64,000 nt of DNA from Paracoccaceae bacterium (GTDB lineage Bacteria > Pseudomonadota > Alphaproteobacteria > Rhodobacterales > Rhodobacteraceae). The notes beneath the pieces were generated by a model. It saw nothing but the letters and a program-made list of their open reading frames with translations. It was not told the DNA's origin and ran no database searches. Every line of letters begins with the position of its first letter. Position 1 is the stretch's first letter. Location of the stretch: contig JASMHC010000013.1 in assembly GCA_030750975.1 (NCBI GenBank), positions 61,262 to 125,261 on the forward strand, read 5' to 3'. The translations under genes were made by a program, and so were the position numbers. This document shows, piece by piece, positions 43,752-55,284 of this stretch.

Positions 43752-44414
43752 ATGTCCAACCTGTCTGAAACCGATCTCTATGCGCCCGTCAAAACCTGGC
43801 TGGTGGCGCAAGGGTTTGAGGTCAAGGCCGAGGTTGCAGGGGCGGATATCGTCGCCCTGAAGGATGGCGCCCCACCGGTGATCGTCGAGCTGAAGCTCGG
43901 GTTTTCCCCGACATTGCTGCAACAGGCGGTTGCACGGCAGAGGGTCAGTGATCTGGTCTATGTCGCGGTGCCCCGCTGGAAGGGCAAGGCGGGGTGGCGC
44001 AGTTTCAAGGGCAATGTCGGGCTGTGCAAACGGCTGGCGCTTGGGGTGATCTCGGTACGGGTCGAAGACGGATTCGTGCAGGTTCATGCCGACCCAAAAC
44101 CTTTTCAGCCGCGAAAATCCAAACGAAAGCAAGCCCAATTGCTGTCCGAATTCCAGCGCCGGACCGGTGATCCCAACACCGGCGGCACCCGTGGCAGGAT
44201 CGTCACCGCCTATTTGCAGGACGCGCAGCGCTGTGCCGCTTATCTGGCAGAGCACGGGCCGACCAAAGGCGCGGTTGTGAAAGAGGCTACCGGAGTTCAG
44301 CAGGCCACCACGATGATGCGCAACAACCATTATGGCTGGTTCACGCCCTTGGGCAAAGGGGTCTATGCGCTGACCTTGGACGGCAAGGCCGCCGTAAAGG
44401 CGGTCAAGGGATAG
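43752..44414 (+). CDS. DUF2161-like protein: PD-(D/E)xK-type N-terminal module plus winged-helix-like C-terminus
   Basis: E..LY.PV..WL..GF.V..E(V)..ADIVAL....PPVIVELK matches a restriction-endonuclease-like D...E.K arrangement. The family name is from memory. Confidence 0.5.
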   Translation: MSNLSETDLYAPVKTWLVAQGFEVKAEVAGADIVALKDGAPPVIVELKLGFSPTLLQQAVARQRVSDLVYVAVPRWKGKAGWRSFKGNVGLCKRLALGVISVRVEDGFVQVHADPKPFQPRKSKRKQAQLLSEFQRRTGDPNTGGTRGRIVTAYLQDAQRCAAYLAEHGPTKGAVVKEATGVQQATTMMRNNHYGWFTPLGKGVYALTLDGKAAVKAVKG

Positions 44415-44420
44415 GGCAAA

Positions 44421-45413
44421 TTAATCAGGCATGGGCGACACCGCCCAGCCGTTCTCGGCCAAAAGGCCGATGACGCCGGTTTCTCCGCCCAGATGCATGG
44501 CCCCCACCGCCACGAAGATACGGTCGTTTTCTTTCGCCGCGGTTTCGATTGCGCGCACCCAGATCTTGTTGCGCCCTTCCAAAAGCTCGTCGTCCACACG
44601 CTGCATATAAGTGTCGTAAGTGGGGCGAAGCCCCGGGTCGATGAAGGATGCCAGCCCCTTCGTCACCGGCCCCATCATCTGCGGATCGCCGTCTAAATAG
44701 GCCCTGATCGTTTCCACCGTGACCGGTGCCAGATAGGGCAGAGTTGCCAGGCTCAGCAAAAGCTCGTCCGCTTGCCGATCAAAATCCGGCCCGGAAAAAA
44801 AGCCCAGCCCGACCCGCCAGTCCTCAAGCGATGCCATTGGTGTGCCTTCGGGCGTCATGGCTTGCAGCATGTCTTCCATCCCCGGTTCACCGGCCTCGAT
44901 CACCTGCAGCGCACACGGGGGCAGCAGGAAGTTCATGTTGATGATCCAGGGCTGAAAAGCGGCCACCTCGGCCGGGTCAACCCCGACACGGGACAGCGCG
45001 GCCGACAGGGCCAGCCATTTTTCAACCGAAAGAACCTGCGGCAGTTTCTTGTTTTTCGGCAATAGCAGCATGCTGGTATCCGTCATCATCGCCTGTTCAA
45101 GCGCGGCCTCATCGGCGGGGGTAATTTCGAACATCACCAGATCGGCCTGCGCCAGCGCGGGCTGGAATCGCGCGGCGATATCCTCCAGACCTTGCGCATA
45201 TATGTGCAGCGTTCCGGCGACATTGATTTCAGTGCCGTCTTTTTCCGCCCGCCAGTAAATCCCGTCTGAATAGGGGATGGAGGCGCTTTCGGCCTTGAAC
45301 CCGGCGATTTGCGCTTCGGAAAAAAGGCTTTCCACCCCCGGGCCGGTGCATTCGGCAAGGGCGCCTGAGGCAAAGGACATAGCCGCCACAAGCGGCGCTG
45401 CGAATTTGAACAT
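44421..45413 (-). CDS. TraB/GumN family protein (periplasmic)
   Basis: Signal peptide MFKFAAPLVAAMSFASGALA. GTLHI and VAVGAMHLGGETGVIGLL motifs. Confidence 0.7.
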   Translation of the reverse strand: MFKFAAPLVAAMSFASGALAECTGPGVESLFSEAQIAGFKAESASIPYSDGIYWRAEKDGTEINVAGTLHIYAQGLEDIAARFQPALAQADLVMFEITPADEAALEQAMMTDTSMLLLPKNKKLPQVLSVEKWLALSAALSRVGVDPAEVAAFQPWIINMNFLLPPCALQVIEAGEPGMEDMLQAMTPEGTPMASLEDWRVGLGFFSGPDFDRQADELLLSLATLPYLAPVTVETIRAYLDGDPQMMGPVTKGLASFIDPGLRPTYDTYMQRVDDELLEGRNKIWVRAIETAAKENDRIFVAVGAMHLGGETGVIGLLAENGWAVSPMPD

Positions 45414-45514
45414 GACGGACCCTTTGGCTGAAAATACCTGTTCTGGCTATGAGGTGGCGGCCCAATGGTCAACGATCCGTTTGCCCACATGGTAGGATTT
45501 ACCGAATTGGGCTG

Positions 45515-45543
45515 TTGACAGCCTGCGATCCACTTCCTAACTA
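45515..45543 (+). promoter_or_regulatory. candidate sigma70-type promoter of groESL
   Basis: TTGACA (45515-45520), 17-nt spacer, TAACTA (45538-45543), immediately upstream of CIRCE. Confidence 0.4.
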
Positions 45544-45550
45544 TGCGCCG

Positions 45551-45577
45551 TTATCACTCGACTTAGGTGAGTGCTAA
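45551..45577. promoter_or_regulatory. CIRCE operator (HrcA binding site)
   Basis: TTATCACTC-N9-GAGTGCTAA versus consensus TTAGCACTC-N9-GAGTGCTAA (1 mismatch). The palindrome extends to GCGCCG.../...CGGCGC (45545-45583). Confidence 0.85.
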
Positions 45578-45634
45578 CGGCGCCCATGAGGGGCCGAATT
45601 TGGGAGAAACTTTGAGCTTAAGGAGTCTCAAGGA

Positions 45635-45922
45635 ATGGCTTTGAAACCACTTCACGACCGTGTTCTGGTTCGCCGTGTTGAAGGCGAAGAAAAAACTGCT
45701 GGTGGGCTGATCATCCCTGACAGCGCCAAGGAAAAACCTGCAGAAGGTGAAATTATCGCAGTAGGCGAAGGCCTGCGCAATGCAGACGGCGAGCGCGTGA
45801 CGCTGGACGTCAAGGTTGGCGATAAAGTTCTGTTTGGCAAATGGAATGGTCAGGACATCACTGTCGACGGCGAAGAGCTGTTGATCATGAAAGAATCCGA
45901 CATCATCGGCATCCTCAGCTAA
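45635..45922 (+). CDS. groES: co-chaperonin GroES
   Basis: 95 aa starting [29 protein letters not shown]. Confidence 0.98.
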   Translation: MALKPLHDRVLVRRVEGEEKTAGGLIIPDSAKEKPAEGEIIAVGEGLRNADGERVTLDVKVGDKVLFGKWNGQDITVDGEELLIMKESDIIGILS

Positions 45923-45977
45923 GCGCTGGCTGCCTCAGACATCTGAACAACACCTTAAATACCCGGGAGCTATATAA

Positions 45978-47612
<1,635 letters not shown>

Positions 47613-47633
47613 GCATCATCCGTTTTGGATTGG

Positions 47634-47662
47634 AAAAGGGCCTGCTTGCGCGGGCCCTTTTT
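47634..47662 (+). terminator. rho-independent terminator of groESL
   Basis: AAAAGGGCC-TGCTTGCGCG-GGCCCTTTTT. Confidence 0.65.
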
Positions 47663-47756
47663 CGTTGGCGGATGAATGTGAAATTCTTTTTTTGAAAAAG
47701 GGACGCATTTTGGGAAAATGCGACTATCTTAACCGGATGACCCAACGGAGATAGAC

Positions 47757-48320
47757 ATGCGCAAAATTCAGGTGCAAGGCGTGCATCACATCACTCTGAC
47801 CGGCGCTGACCGGCAAACCAGTATTGATTTCTGGGAAGGTGTGCTGGGCATGCCCTTTGTTTTTGATCAGCCCAATCTGGACAATCCGGACGAAGGGCAT
47901 TTGTACTTTGACCCCGGTGATGGCCGTCTGATCACCGTGTTTACAAACGAAACCCGCGTGCCCGACCGGCGACGCACCCCAACGGAACCGGGCTGTGTTC
48001 ATCACATCGCCTTCAACGTGTCAAAGGCCGTATTTTCACAGGTGATCGAACGGCTTGAAGCGCGCCAGATCGGACATTCCGGCGTCAAGGATCGCGGGTT
48101 CATGGATTCGATCTATTTCAAAGACCCGTTGGGGCTTTTGATCGAACTGGCCTGCTATCGCTTTGAGCCGCCGCGCGGCTATGCCCATGCCGATGTGCTG
48201 ATCGAGGCGCATCGCCTGCGCGTCGCCCGGGGGGATTACAATATCGCGGAAATTCATCTGGCCGATGCCATCGAAATGCTGGTGGCCCGCAATCAGCAAA
48301 GCCTTTCGGATCGGGATTAA
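47757..48320 (+). CDS. VOC (glyoxalase/ring-cleaving dioxygenase) family protein
   Basis: Two VOC half-domains (VHHITLTG..., VHHIAFNV...). Confidence 0.7.
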   Translation: MRKIQVQGVHHITLTGADRQTSIDFWEGVLGMPFVFDQPNLDNPDEGHLYFDPGDGRLITVFTNETRVPDRRRTPTEPGCVHHIAFNVSKAVFSQVIERLEARQIGHSGVKDRGFMDSIYFKDPLGLLIELACYRFEPPRGYAHADVLIEAHRLRVARGDYNIAEIHLADAIEMLVARNQQSLSDRD

Positions 48321-48381
48321 AGCGCATCCAAGTTAACCAGATACGCATTGATATTGCCTCGCTTCAGGCAGGGCGGCGGTG

Positions 48382-48843
48382 CTATTTCGGACCGACCATC
48401 ACTTCGAGCGGATCGTAGCCGAAGGCACGATCCCGCCAGGCGATGTCGGCCAGGCTGTCGGGTTTGACCCTTAAGCTTCGCATGTCGTCTTTCGTCACCC
48501 AGCGGCGGCGGTCGACGGTTTTTTCAGGGTCTTGCCACGCATCGTCCAATACGCCTTCGGTCACTTTGCAGCGGAAAAACAGGTCGATCTGATGAAAGCC
48601 GCTTTGCGGATCGTGGAATTCGTTGATCAGGCAAGGCGGACCGACCGAAACCCTGAGACCCGTTTCCTCGTAAACCTCGCGGGCAAGATTATCAGGGATG
48701 GACCGGCCGGTTTCCACCCCGCCGCCCGGCGCGCACCAAAGGGTGCTGTCGGCGGCCGCATAGGCGTTGACCAGCAGCAGCCGGTTGTCGCGCAGGATGA
48801 CCGCTCGGGCGGATATGCGGGGCAGGGATGGGGGCATGGCCAA
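48382..48843 (-). CDS. NUDIX hydrolase
   Basis: Nudix box [24 protein letters not shown]. Confidence 0.85.
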   Translation of the reverse strand: MAMPPSLPRISARAVILRDNRLLLVNAYAAADSTLWCAPGGGVETGRSIPDNLAREVYEETGLRVSVGPPCLINEFHDPQSGFHQIDLFFRCKVTEGVLDDAWQDPEKTVDRRRWVTKDDMRSLRVKPDSLADIAWRDRAFGYDPLEVMVGPK

Positions 48844-48898
48844 TATTCCGATTGCCTATGGGGTTTTACGATGGGCGGAAGGGTATTATCTGGGGAAG

Positions 48899-49672
48899 AT
48901 GCGTTTCTTACCAGCCCTTCTTGTGTTTTTCATACCCGCCATGGCGCAAGCCGAATGCGTGGTGTTGCTGCACGGGCTGGGCCGGACCGAGGCCAGCCTT
49001 TGGGCGATGGACGATGTACTGACCGATGCGGGATACGAGGTGATCCGCCCCGGATACCCGTCGACATCCGCGCAGGTTGAAGAATTGGCCCCTGTCACGC
49101 TGGAAAGGGCCGTTGGCAGATGCCAGTCAGAAAGCGTGAATTTTGTAACCCATTCCATGGGTGGCATTCTGCTGCGGTACTGGATGGCCTCGGGCGAGGC
49201 TGGTGATTTTCGCCCCAACCGCGTGGTCATGCTCGGCCCGCCAAATGCGGGATCGGCGCTGGTGGATCAGCTTGAGGACCTGCCGCCGTTTCAATGGATA
49301 AACGGGCCAGCCGGTTCGCAATTGGGGGTGGACGGGATTGTTCTGGACCTGCCGCCGGTGGATTATCCGGTTGGCGTGATTGCCGGCAATATCAGCCTGA
49401 ACCCGTTTTACTCGATCCTGATCCCGGGCGAGGATGACGGCAAGGTGGCGGTCGATTCAACCAGGCTGGCGGGTATGGCGGATCACGTGGTGGTTCCGGC
49501 CAGCCACACTTTCATGATGAACAACCCGATCGTGCTTGCGCAGGTTCTGACCTTTCTGGACAAGGGTGCATTCGATCAGGATATGGGTCTGGCCGAGGCG
49601 CTTGAGGTTCTGACCGCGCTGCCCTCGGCGGCGCGGATATTTGACCAGTGGGGTTGGGGTGACGATGATTGA
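48899..49672 (+). CDS. secreted alpha/beta hydrolase (esterase/lipase-like)
   Basis: Signal peptide [18 protein letters not shown], then VLLHGLG and nucleophile elbow THSMGG. Confidence 0.7.
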   Translation: MRFLPALLVFFIPAMAQAECVVLLHGLGRTEASLWAMDDVLTDAGYEVIRPGYPSTSAQVEELAPVTLERAVGRCQSESVNFVTHSMGGILLRYWMASGEAGDFRPNRVVMLGPPNAGSALVDQLEDLPPFQWINGPAGSQLGVDGIVLDLPPVDYPVGVIAGNISLNPFYSILIPGEDDGKVAVDSTRLAGMADHVVVPASHTFMMNNPIVLAQVLTFLDKGAFDQDMGLAEALEVLTALPSAARIFDQWGWGDDD

Positions 49673-50801
49673 TCTGGCGCTGTGCGGCGCGGACGTGCTG
49701 AGACCCGAGAGGCTGTCTACGGGCGATCTTGTCGTATCGGACGGGGTATTCTCGGACGCGGACCCCGGCGGTATTCGACGTGTCGATCTTAGCGGATTTC
49801 GCTTGTTGCCGGGGATCGTGGATATTCATGGCGACGGGTTTGAGCGTCATCTGGCCCCGCGGCGCGGGGTGATGAAGGATTTCGGCGAAGGGCTGCGGGC
49901 CGTGGATGCCGAGCTTGCGGCCAACGGGATTACAACCGCGATGCTGGCGCAATTCTGGAGCTGGGAAGGCGGCATGCGCGGGCCAGAGCACGCGCGACGT
50001 TTGGCGGATGCTCTGACCCAGACTGCGGATCTGCGGACCGACATGAAAATGCAGCTGCGGTTTGAAACCCACATGCTGGACGATTACGCCGCGATGGAAG
50101 AATTGGTTGATCGGGCGGGGATCGGGTTCGTCGTGCTGAACGACCATCTGCCCCATGATGCCTTGATCAAGGGCAAACGCCCGGCGCGCATGACGGGTCA
50201 GGCACTGAAAGGCGGGCGCAGCCCCGAGGCGCATCTTGCGCTTTTGAAGCAGTTGCACGCGAACGGGCAAAAAGTGGCCGGGGCATTGCCGGGTCTGGCT
50301 GAAAGATTGACCGCTAAGGGCGTCATACTGGGCAGCCACGACGACGCCACACCCGAGGGCCGCGCATGGTTCCGTGACATCGGCGCAACCGTGGCCGAGT
50401 TTCCCGAAACGCAAGAAACCGCCCGGGCCTCCCGTCAGGCCGGTGATCCGGTAATTCTTGGGGCACCGAATGTCGTGCGCGGTGCAAGCCACGCGGGCAA
50501 GGTTTCGGCAGCTGATCTGGTGGAAAAGGGGCTGTGTGATGCTCTGGCTTCGGATTATCATTATCCGGCCCCGCGTCTGGCGGCGCTGAAACTGGCAAAG
50601 ACGATTGGCTTGGCAAGGGCGTGGTCGCTGGTGTCCGAGGGTCCGGCCCGGATGCTGGGGCTGACGGATCGCGGGCGCATTCAGGGCGGCTATCGCGCCG
50701 ATTTCATCGTGATGGACGGGCACGGGCGTGTGGTCGGCAGTTTTGTTGCCGGTCGCCCGGCCTATTTGGCGGGGGATATCGTGGCGCGGTTCATCGCCTA
50801 A
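49665..50801 (+). CDS. PhnM-like amidohydrolase (alpha-D-ribose 1-methylphosphonate 5-triphosphate diphosphatase family)
   Basis: [22 protein letters not shown] and SDYHYP motifs. Its ATG overlaps the preceding gene by 8 nt. No other phn genes nearby. Confidence 0.6.
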   Translation: MIDLALCGADVLRPERLSTGDLVVSDGVFSDADPGGIRRVDLSGFRLLPGIVDIHGDGFERHLAPRRGVMKDFGEGLRAVDAELAANGITTAMLAQFWSWEGGMRGPEHARRLADALTQTADLRTDMKMQLRFETHMLDDYAAMEELVDRAGIGFVVLNDHLPHDALIKGKRPARMTGQALKGGRSPEAHLALLKQLHANGQKVAGALPGLAERLTAKGVILGSHDDATPEGRAWFRDIGATVAEFPETQETARASRQAGDPVILGAPNVVRGASHAGKVSAADLVEKGLCDALASDYHYPAPRLAALKLAKTIGLARAWSLVSEGPARMLGLTDRGRIQGGYRADFIVMDGHGRVVGSFVAGRPAYLAGDIVARFIA

Positions 50802-52267
50802 AGCGTCGCCCAGCGTTCGATCAGGCGGTTTTGCATATACCGCGCCCGTTGCCCCCAGCTTTTCGATCCGGGCGGGCGTTCGGACCCTTTCAGATCGGCC
50901 CGTTTGCGCCGGTCGAAATCAACCGAGAATATGGCAAAGCAAAGCATTCGGTCATCAGGCAGGGTCAGATAGCCGCCCAGACCGGATGCGAAATGCAGCG
51001 TGCCGGTTTTGACGTGTTTTTCGACAACACCGGCCGGGGTCCGAACCGATTTCACGCTGATGATCGGCGGCAGGTTTGCCTTGCTGAACGGGTGCGACAG
51101 AATTTGCGCCAAGGCCCGCGGCGCGATGTCCGAGCTGTCGCCGAGGCCGGAATGATCCACCATATCAATGCCAATCGTGCCGAATTTTTCGCGCGTCCAG
51201 CGGTTCATCTCGCGGGCCGACTGGCGCATGTCGGCGGCCCGTCCCAAGCGCTTGGCGGTGGCTGCCATGCCGACAGCCTCGGCCGTCAGGTTGTAGGAAT
51301 AATGCAGCATATCCTTAAGGATTTCGCTCAGCGGTTCGCTTTGATAGCGGGCGATCGAAAAAGCATCGGGCGGAAGCTTGGTGATTTCCTCGGCCTCGGG
51401 CAGGTCCAGCCCGTTTTGCCTTGCCACCGCGCGGAACACCTCGCCTGCATAGGCCATCGGTTTGCGTGTCGGCAGCCAGCGGGCACCGCCCTTGCCTAGC
51501 GCGGCTTCGGCAACGGTCCAGCTGTCGGTATCGCCAAGGTCTTCGTATGTATAGACCTGCCCCATACGCTCTTGTGCGGAAATGGTGGCGACCGAAACAT
51601 CCGCCGTATAGCGCCCCGAACGGGCATCGAGCAAAAGATCATAGCCGCCCGAAACCCGCGCCCATTCAAAGCGCACGCGATTGCGGTTCAGCATCAGGCC
51701 CGACACGGGCGGGTTATAGGCCACATGGTCGGGCTGATTGCGGTCGATCCGGGTGGCAAGGGGCAGGGCGCCGCCCCAAACCAGGAGTTTGCCGGTGATG
51801 CCGGTGATGCCAACCGCAGCGAGATCTTCGGCCAGCCGGCCAAGCCCGTCTGTCGTCAGTTCAGGATCGCCGCCGCCTTCCAAAATCAGGTCGCCTTGCA
51901 GGATCGTGCCGACAAGATAGCCGGTGCCGAGAATACGGGTTTCGAACCGCAGATCGGGACCAAGCGTGTCAAGCGCGTAAAGCGCGGTCAGTGCCTTTAC
52001 GACACTGGCGGGGGGCAGGCCGGTATGGCCCGAATGTTCCTCGATGACCGCGCCCGAAGCGCTGTCAATGACGCAGAAGGCGGTTTTGCCGTCCAGCCGC
52101 GCCTCTTCTATCATTTTCAGATAGGCGGGCTTGGGTTGCGGCGGAAAGTCGTCCGGGCGAAGCTGCGGGAAAGCGATTTCCACCGGACCGGCGGCACGGG
52201 CCGCCCCGGCAAACAGGCCGGCTGTTGACATGGCCAGCAACGATCTTCTGGAAATCCCCCGCCTCAT
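50798..52267 (-). CDS. dacB: D-alanyl-D-alanine carboxypeptidase/endopeptidase (PBP4, peptidase S13)
   Basis: Tat-like signal RRGISRRSLLAM, PASVVKALT (SxxK), KTGTL motif; 489 aa. Confidence 0.8.
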   Translation of the reverse strand: MRRGISRRSLLAMSTAGLFAGAARAAGPVEIAFPQLRPDDFPPQPKPAYLKMIEEARLDGKTAFCVIDSASGAVIEEHSGHTGLPPASVVKALTALYALDTLGPDLRFETRILGTGYLVGTILQGDLILEGGGDPELTTDGLGRLAEDLAAVGITGITGKLLVWGGALPLATRIDRNQPDHVAYNPPVSGLMLNRNRVRFEWARVSGGYDLLLDARSGRYTADVSVATISAQERMGQVYTYEDLGDTDSWTVAEAALGKGGARWLPTRKPMAYAGEVFRAVARQNGLDLPEAEEITKLPPDAFSIARYQSEPLSEILKDMLHYSYNLTAEAVGMAATAKRLGRAADMRQSAREMNRWTREKFGTIGIDMVDHSGLGDSSDIAPRALAQILSHPFSKANLPPIISVKSVRTPAGVVEKHVKTGTLHFASGLGGYLTLPDDRMLCFAIFSVDFDRRKRADLKGSERPPGSKSWGQRARYMQNRLIERWATL

Positions 52268-52315
52268 GAACCCCGTTTATGTCAGTGCGCCGGAGGGAAA
52301 CAAGCCCTTGTTTCC

Positions 52316-52930
52316 TTAATCATTGTGATTTTCGCCCCAATCCCCGCTTTCGCGGATTTCGGTCGAGGACAGATTGACAAGCGGCACATTCAGATAGGCC
52401 CATGCCGGGGCGGGTCTTTGGCCAAGCAGTCGAATTTTTGGCCCTTTCAGACGGTAACGGCGATAGGTTCTGGCGGCGACCGAGCGGCGCGCCCCGAGCC
52501 GCTGGCCGGCGCGGGCGATCACGCCGATAGGCACCCTGTTCATGATCATGCGCCAATCCTGCCAGCGGTGCAGCTGGGCCAGATTGTCAGCCCCCATCAG
52601 CCAGACAAATCGGACGCCGGGATAAATCCGTTGAAGCTGGTCCAGGGTTTCGGCCGTATAGGGGCTGCCCAGATGAGCCTCGATATCGGTGACGCTGACC
52701 TTGGGGTGATCCATCAGCGCTCTGGCCGCCTTAATGCGGTGCGACAGCGGTGCCGGACCGTGGGTTTTGAGCGGGTTGCCCGGGCTGACCAGCCACCAGA
52801 CCTGATCAAGCCCAAAGCGTTTCAGCGCCTCGCGGGTGATATGGGCATGGCCCTCATGTGGCGGATCGAAAGATCCTCCGAGCAGGCCGATTATCTGACC
52901 CTTGGTGGCATATGGGAAGCGGTGGCGCAT
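52316..52930 (-). CDS. nadD: nicotinate-nucleotide adenylyltransferase
   Basis: [14 protein letters not shown] (HxGH) and ISSTEIR-like SSTEIR motif. Confidence 0.88.
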   Translation of the reverse strand: MRHRFPYATKGQIIGLLGGSFDPPHEGHAHITREALKRFGLDQVWWLVSPGNPLKTHGPAPLSHRIKAARALMDHPKVSVTDIEAHLGSPYTAETLDQLQRIYPGVRFVWLMGADNLAQLHRWQDWRMIMNRVPIGVIARAGQRLGARRSVAARTYRRYRLKGPKIRLLGQRPAPAWAYLNVPLVNLSSTEIRESGDWGENHND

Positions 52931-53010
52931 TGGGCTGTTGTAGCGAAGGGATTTGGGGATGGGGAGAGTTTTTCTTGGGTTTCGGGGCTTTTGCGCCCCG
53001 AACCGGGGCA

Positions 53011-53077
53011 GGGGGCGTTGCCCCCTCCCCAGCCGCGGGGCGCGGCTGGGTTCACCCCCAAAGTATTTCGGGAAAAG
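53011..53077 (+). repeat. two-hairpin intergenic repeat, copy C
   Basis: GGGGGCGTTGCCCCC-TCCCCAGCCGCGGGGCGCGGCTGGGTTCA-CCCCCAAAGTATTTCGGGAAAAG. Preceded by hairpin TTCGGGGC-TTTTGC-GCCCCGAA (52981-53002). Confidence 0.85.
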
Positions 53078-53283
53078 ATGAAATCAGGGGGCAGAGCGTG
53101 TTGGGGCAATGCGGGTTTGAGCCTTGTGAGGTCGGCAGATCATGTTTTTTGGTTTCAGAAACACGACCAACCGGTGGGGGGCGTGATGGGGGATCCCGCC
53201 GTCATTTCCCACATCCCATTGCCCCTGCCTTCGCCCCGCGCTATCACCCCTGCCAATGTGAAATTCACCCGCAGGAGAGCAAG

Positions 53284-54939
53284 ATGGCCTCGTATCAATA
53301 TGTCTACCACATGGATGGCGTTTCAAAGACCTATCCGGGCGGCAAAAAATGTTTTGAAAACATCCGCCTTTCCTTCCTGCCCGGTGTGAAAATCGGTGTG
53401 GTCGGTGTCAACGGCGCCGGTAAATCGACGCTGTTGAAGATCATGGCCGGTCTCGACAAGGATTTCTCGGGCGAGGCCTGGGCCGCCAAGGGTGCCAATG
53501 TTGGCTACTTGCCGCAGGAACCGCAGCTTGACGACAGCCTTGATGTGCGTGGAAATGTGATGCTGGGCGTCGCCGACAAAAAGGCCAAGCTGGACCGGTT
53601 CAACGAATTAGCGGTGAACTATTCCGAGGAAACCGCCGACGAAATGGCGGCACTTCAGGACGAGATCGACAGCCTTAATCTGTGGGATCTCGACAGCCAG
53701 ATCGACGTCGCGATGGAGGCGCTGCGCTGCCCGCCGGATGACGCGGATGTCAGCACCCTGTCAGGCGGGGAAAAGCGCCGCGTGGCGCTGTGCAAGCTGC
53801 TGTTGGAAGCGCCCGATATGTTGCTGTTGGACGAACCGACCAACCACCTTGACGCCGAGACCATCGCCTGGCTGCAACAGCATCTGATCGACTACAAAGG
53901 CACGATCCTTTGCGTTACCCACGACCGGTATTTCCTGGACGATATCACCGGCTGGATCCTCGAGTTGGACCGTGGCCGCGGCATTCCTTATGAGGGCAAT
54001 TATTCCAGCTGGCTGGAACAGAAAGCCAAGCGACTGGCACATGAGGCCCGCGAGGACAAATCCAAGCAAAAAACCCTTGAGCGCGAACTGGAATGGATGC
54101 GGCAAGGCCAGAAGGCGCGTCAGGCGAAATCGAAAGCGCGTATCGCGGCCTATAACGACCTTGCCAATCAGTCCGAGCGCGAGAAGATCACCCGCGCTCA
54201 GATCGTTATCCCGAACGGTCCGCGCCTTGGCGGCAAGGTGATTGAGGTTGACGGCCTGTCAAAGCATTTGGGCGACAAACAATTGATCGAAGGCCTGACC
54301 TTCAGCCTGCCCCCCGGCGGCATCGTCGGCGTGATCGGTCCGAACGGCGCGGGTAAATCGACGCTGTTCAAGATGCTGACTGGTCAGGAACAGCCCGACG
54401 AGGGCACCGTCACCTATGGCGACACGGTGCAGCTATCTTACGTCGACCAGTCGCGCGACGACCTGAACGATAAAGATACGGTGTGGGAGGCAATCTCGGG
54501 CGGGGCCGAGATCATTCAGCTGGGCGACGCGCAAGTGAACAGCCGCGCCTATTGTTCATCGTTCAACTTCAAGGGCGGCGACCAGCAGAAAACGCTGAAC
54601 CTGCTGTCGGGCGGGGAACGCAACCGTGTTCACATGGCGCGCCTGCTGAAAGAGGGGGGCAACGTGCTGCTTTTGGACGAACCCACCAACGATTTGGATG
54701 TGGAAACCTTGCGGGCGCTGGAAGACGCTTTGGTCGATTTCGCGGGCTGTGCGGTGGTCATCTCGCACGACCGTTTTTTCCTTGACCGGATTTGTACGCA
54801 TATTCTGGCTTTTGAGGGCGACGCGCATGTTGAGTGGTTCGAGGGCAACTTCGAGGATTATGAGGAAGATAAAAAGCGTCGGCTGGGAGCGGATGCGTTG
54901 GAACCGAAGCGGTTGAAGCATAAGAAGTTTGCGAGGTGA
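53284..54939 (+). CDS. ettA: energy-dependent translational throttle protein EttA (ABC-F)
   Basis: MASYQYVYHMDGVSKTYPGGKK start, two ABC cassettes (GVNGAGKST, GPNGAGKST; LSGGEKRR, LSGGERNR). 551 aa is typical EttA length. Confidence 0.93.
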   Translation: MASYQYVYHMDGVSKTYPGGKKCFENIRLSFLPGVKIGVVGVNGAGKSTLLKIMAGLDKDFSGEAWAAKGANVGYLPQEPQLDDSLDVRGNVMLGVADKKAKLDRFNELAVNYSEETADEMAALQDEIDSLNLWDLDSQIDVAMEALRCPPDDADVSTLSGGEKRRVALCKLLLEAPDMLLLDEPTNHLDAETIAWLQQHLIDYKGTILCVTHDRYFLDDITGWILELDRGRGIPYEGNYSSWLEQKAKRLAHEAREDKSKQKTLERELEWMRQGQKARQAKSKARIAAYNDLANQSEREKITRAQIVIPNGPRLGGKVIEVDGLSKHLGDKQLIEGLTFSLPPGGIVGVIGPNGAGKSTLFKMLTGQEQPDEGTVTYGDTVQLSYVDQSRDDLNDKDTVWEAISGGAEIIQLGDAQVNSRAYCSSFNFKGGDQQKTLNLLSGGERNRVHMARLLKEGGNVLLLDEPTNDLDVETLRALEDALVDFAGCAVVISHDRFFLDRICTHILAFEGDAHVEWFEGNFEDYEEDKKRRLGADALEPKRLKHKKFAR

Positions 54940-55284
54940 GGGTTGAAGTTGACGTGGTTCAATACCACTTTGAAGCTAACCGATTAGGCATGATGCCGAT
55001 GGAGACAAACGGAAGGTCAGTGACCCACTCTGTTGTCCACCCGAAAAATCGGCTAGCGCTTAGCGGCGCTGTGTTGAGTAACTTTGCGGTGAAAGGCTAA
55101 GGCGGCCCCACTTCTGACCGAACTGGACAAGACGTCGCAAGGAGCTTCCAAGTGATCATAGGCAGTTCCAAACCGCTAAAATTGGGGCGGTATACAAACA
55201 CTGAGCGAAGTTTAACGCTCAACCGGTTGAGCACCGCTTAGGATTATTCCAATGCGTGTTTCAATCAGAATAGAAGGGCGAGTG

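Noticed and set aside
52858-53283. 142-codon N-terminal extension of the ettA ORF
   Set aside because: The extension reads through the two-hairpin repeat and overlaps the nadD start region. The EttA family begins at MASYQYVY… (ATG 53284), which gives the canonical ~551 aa.
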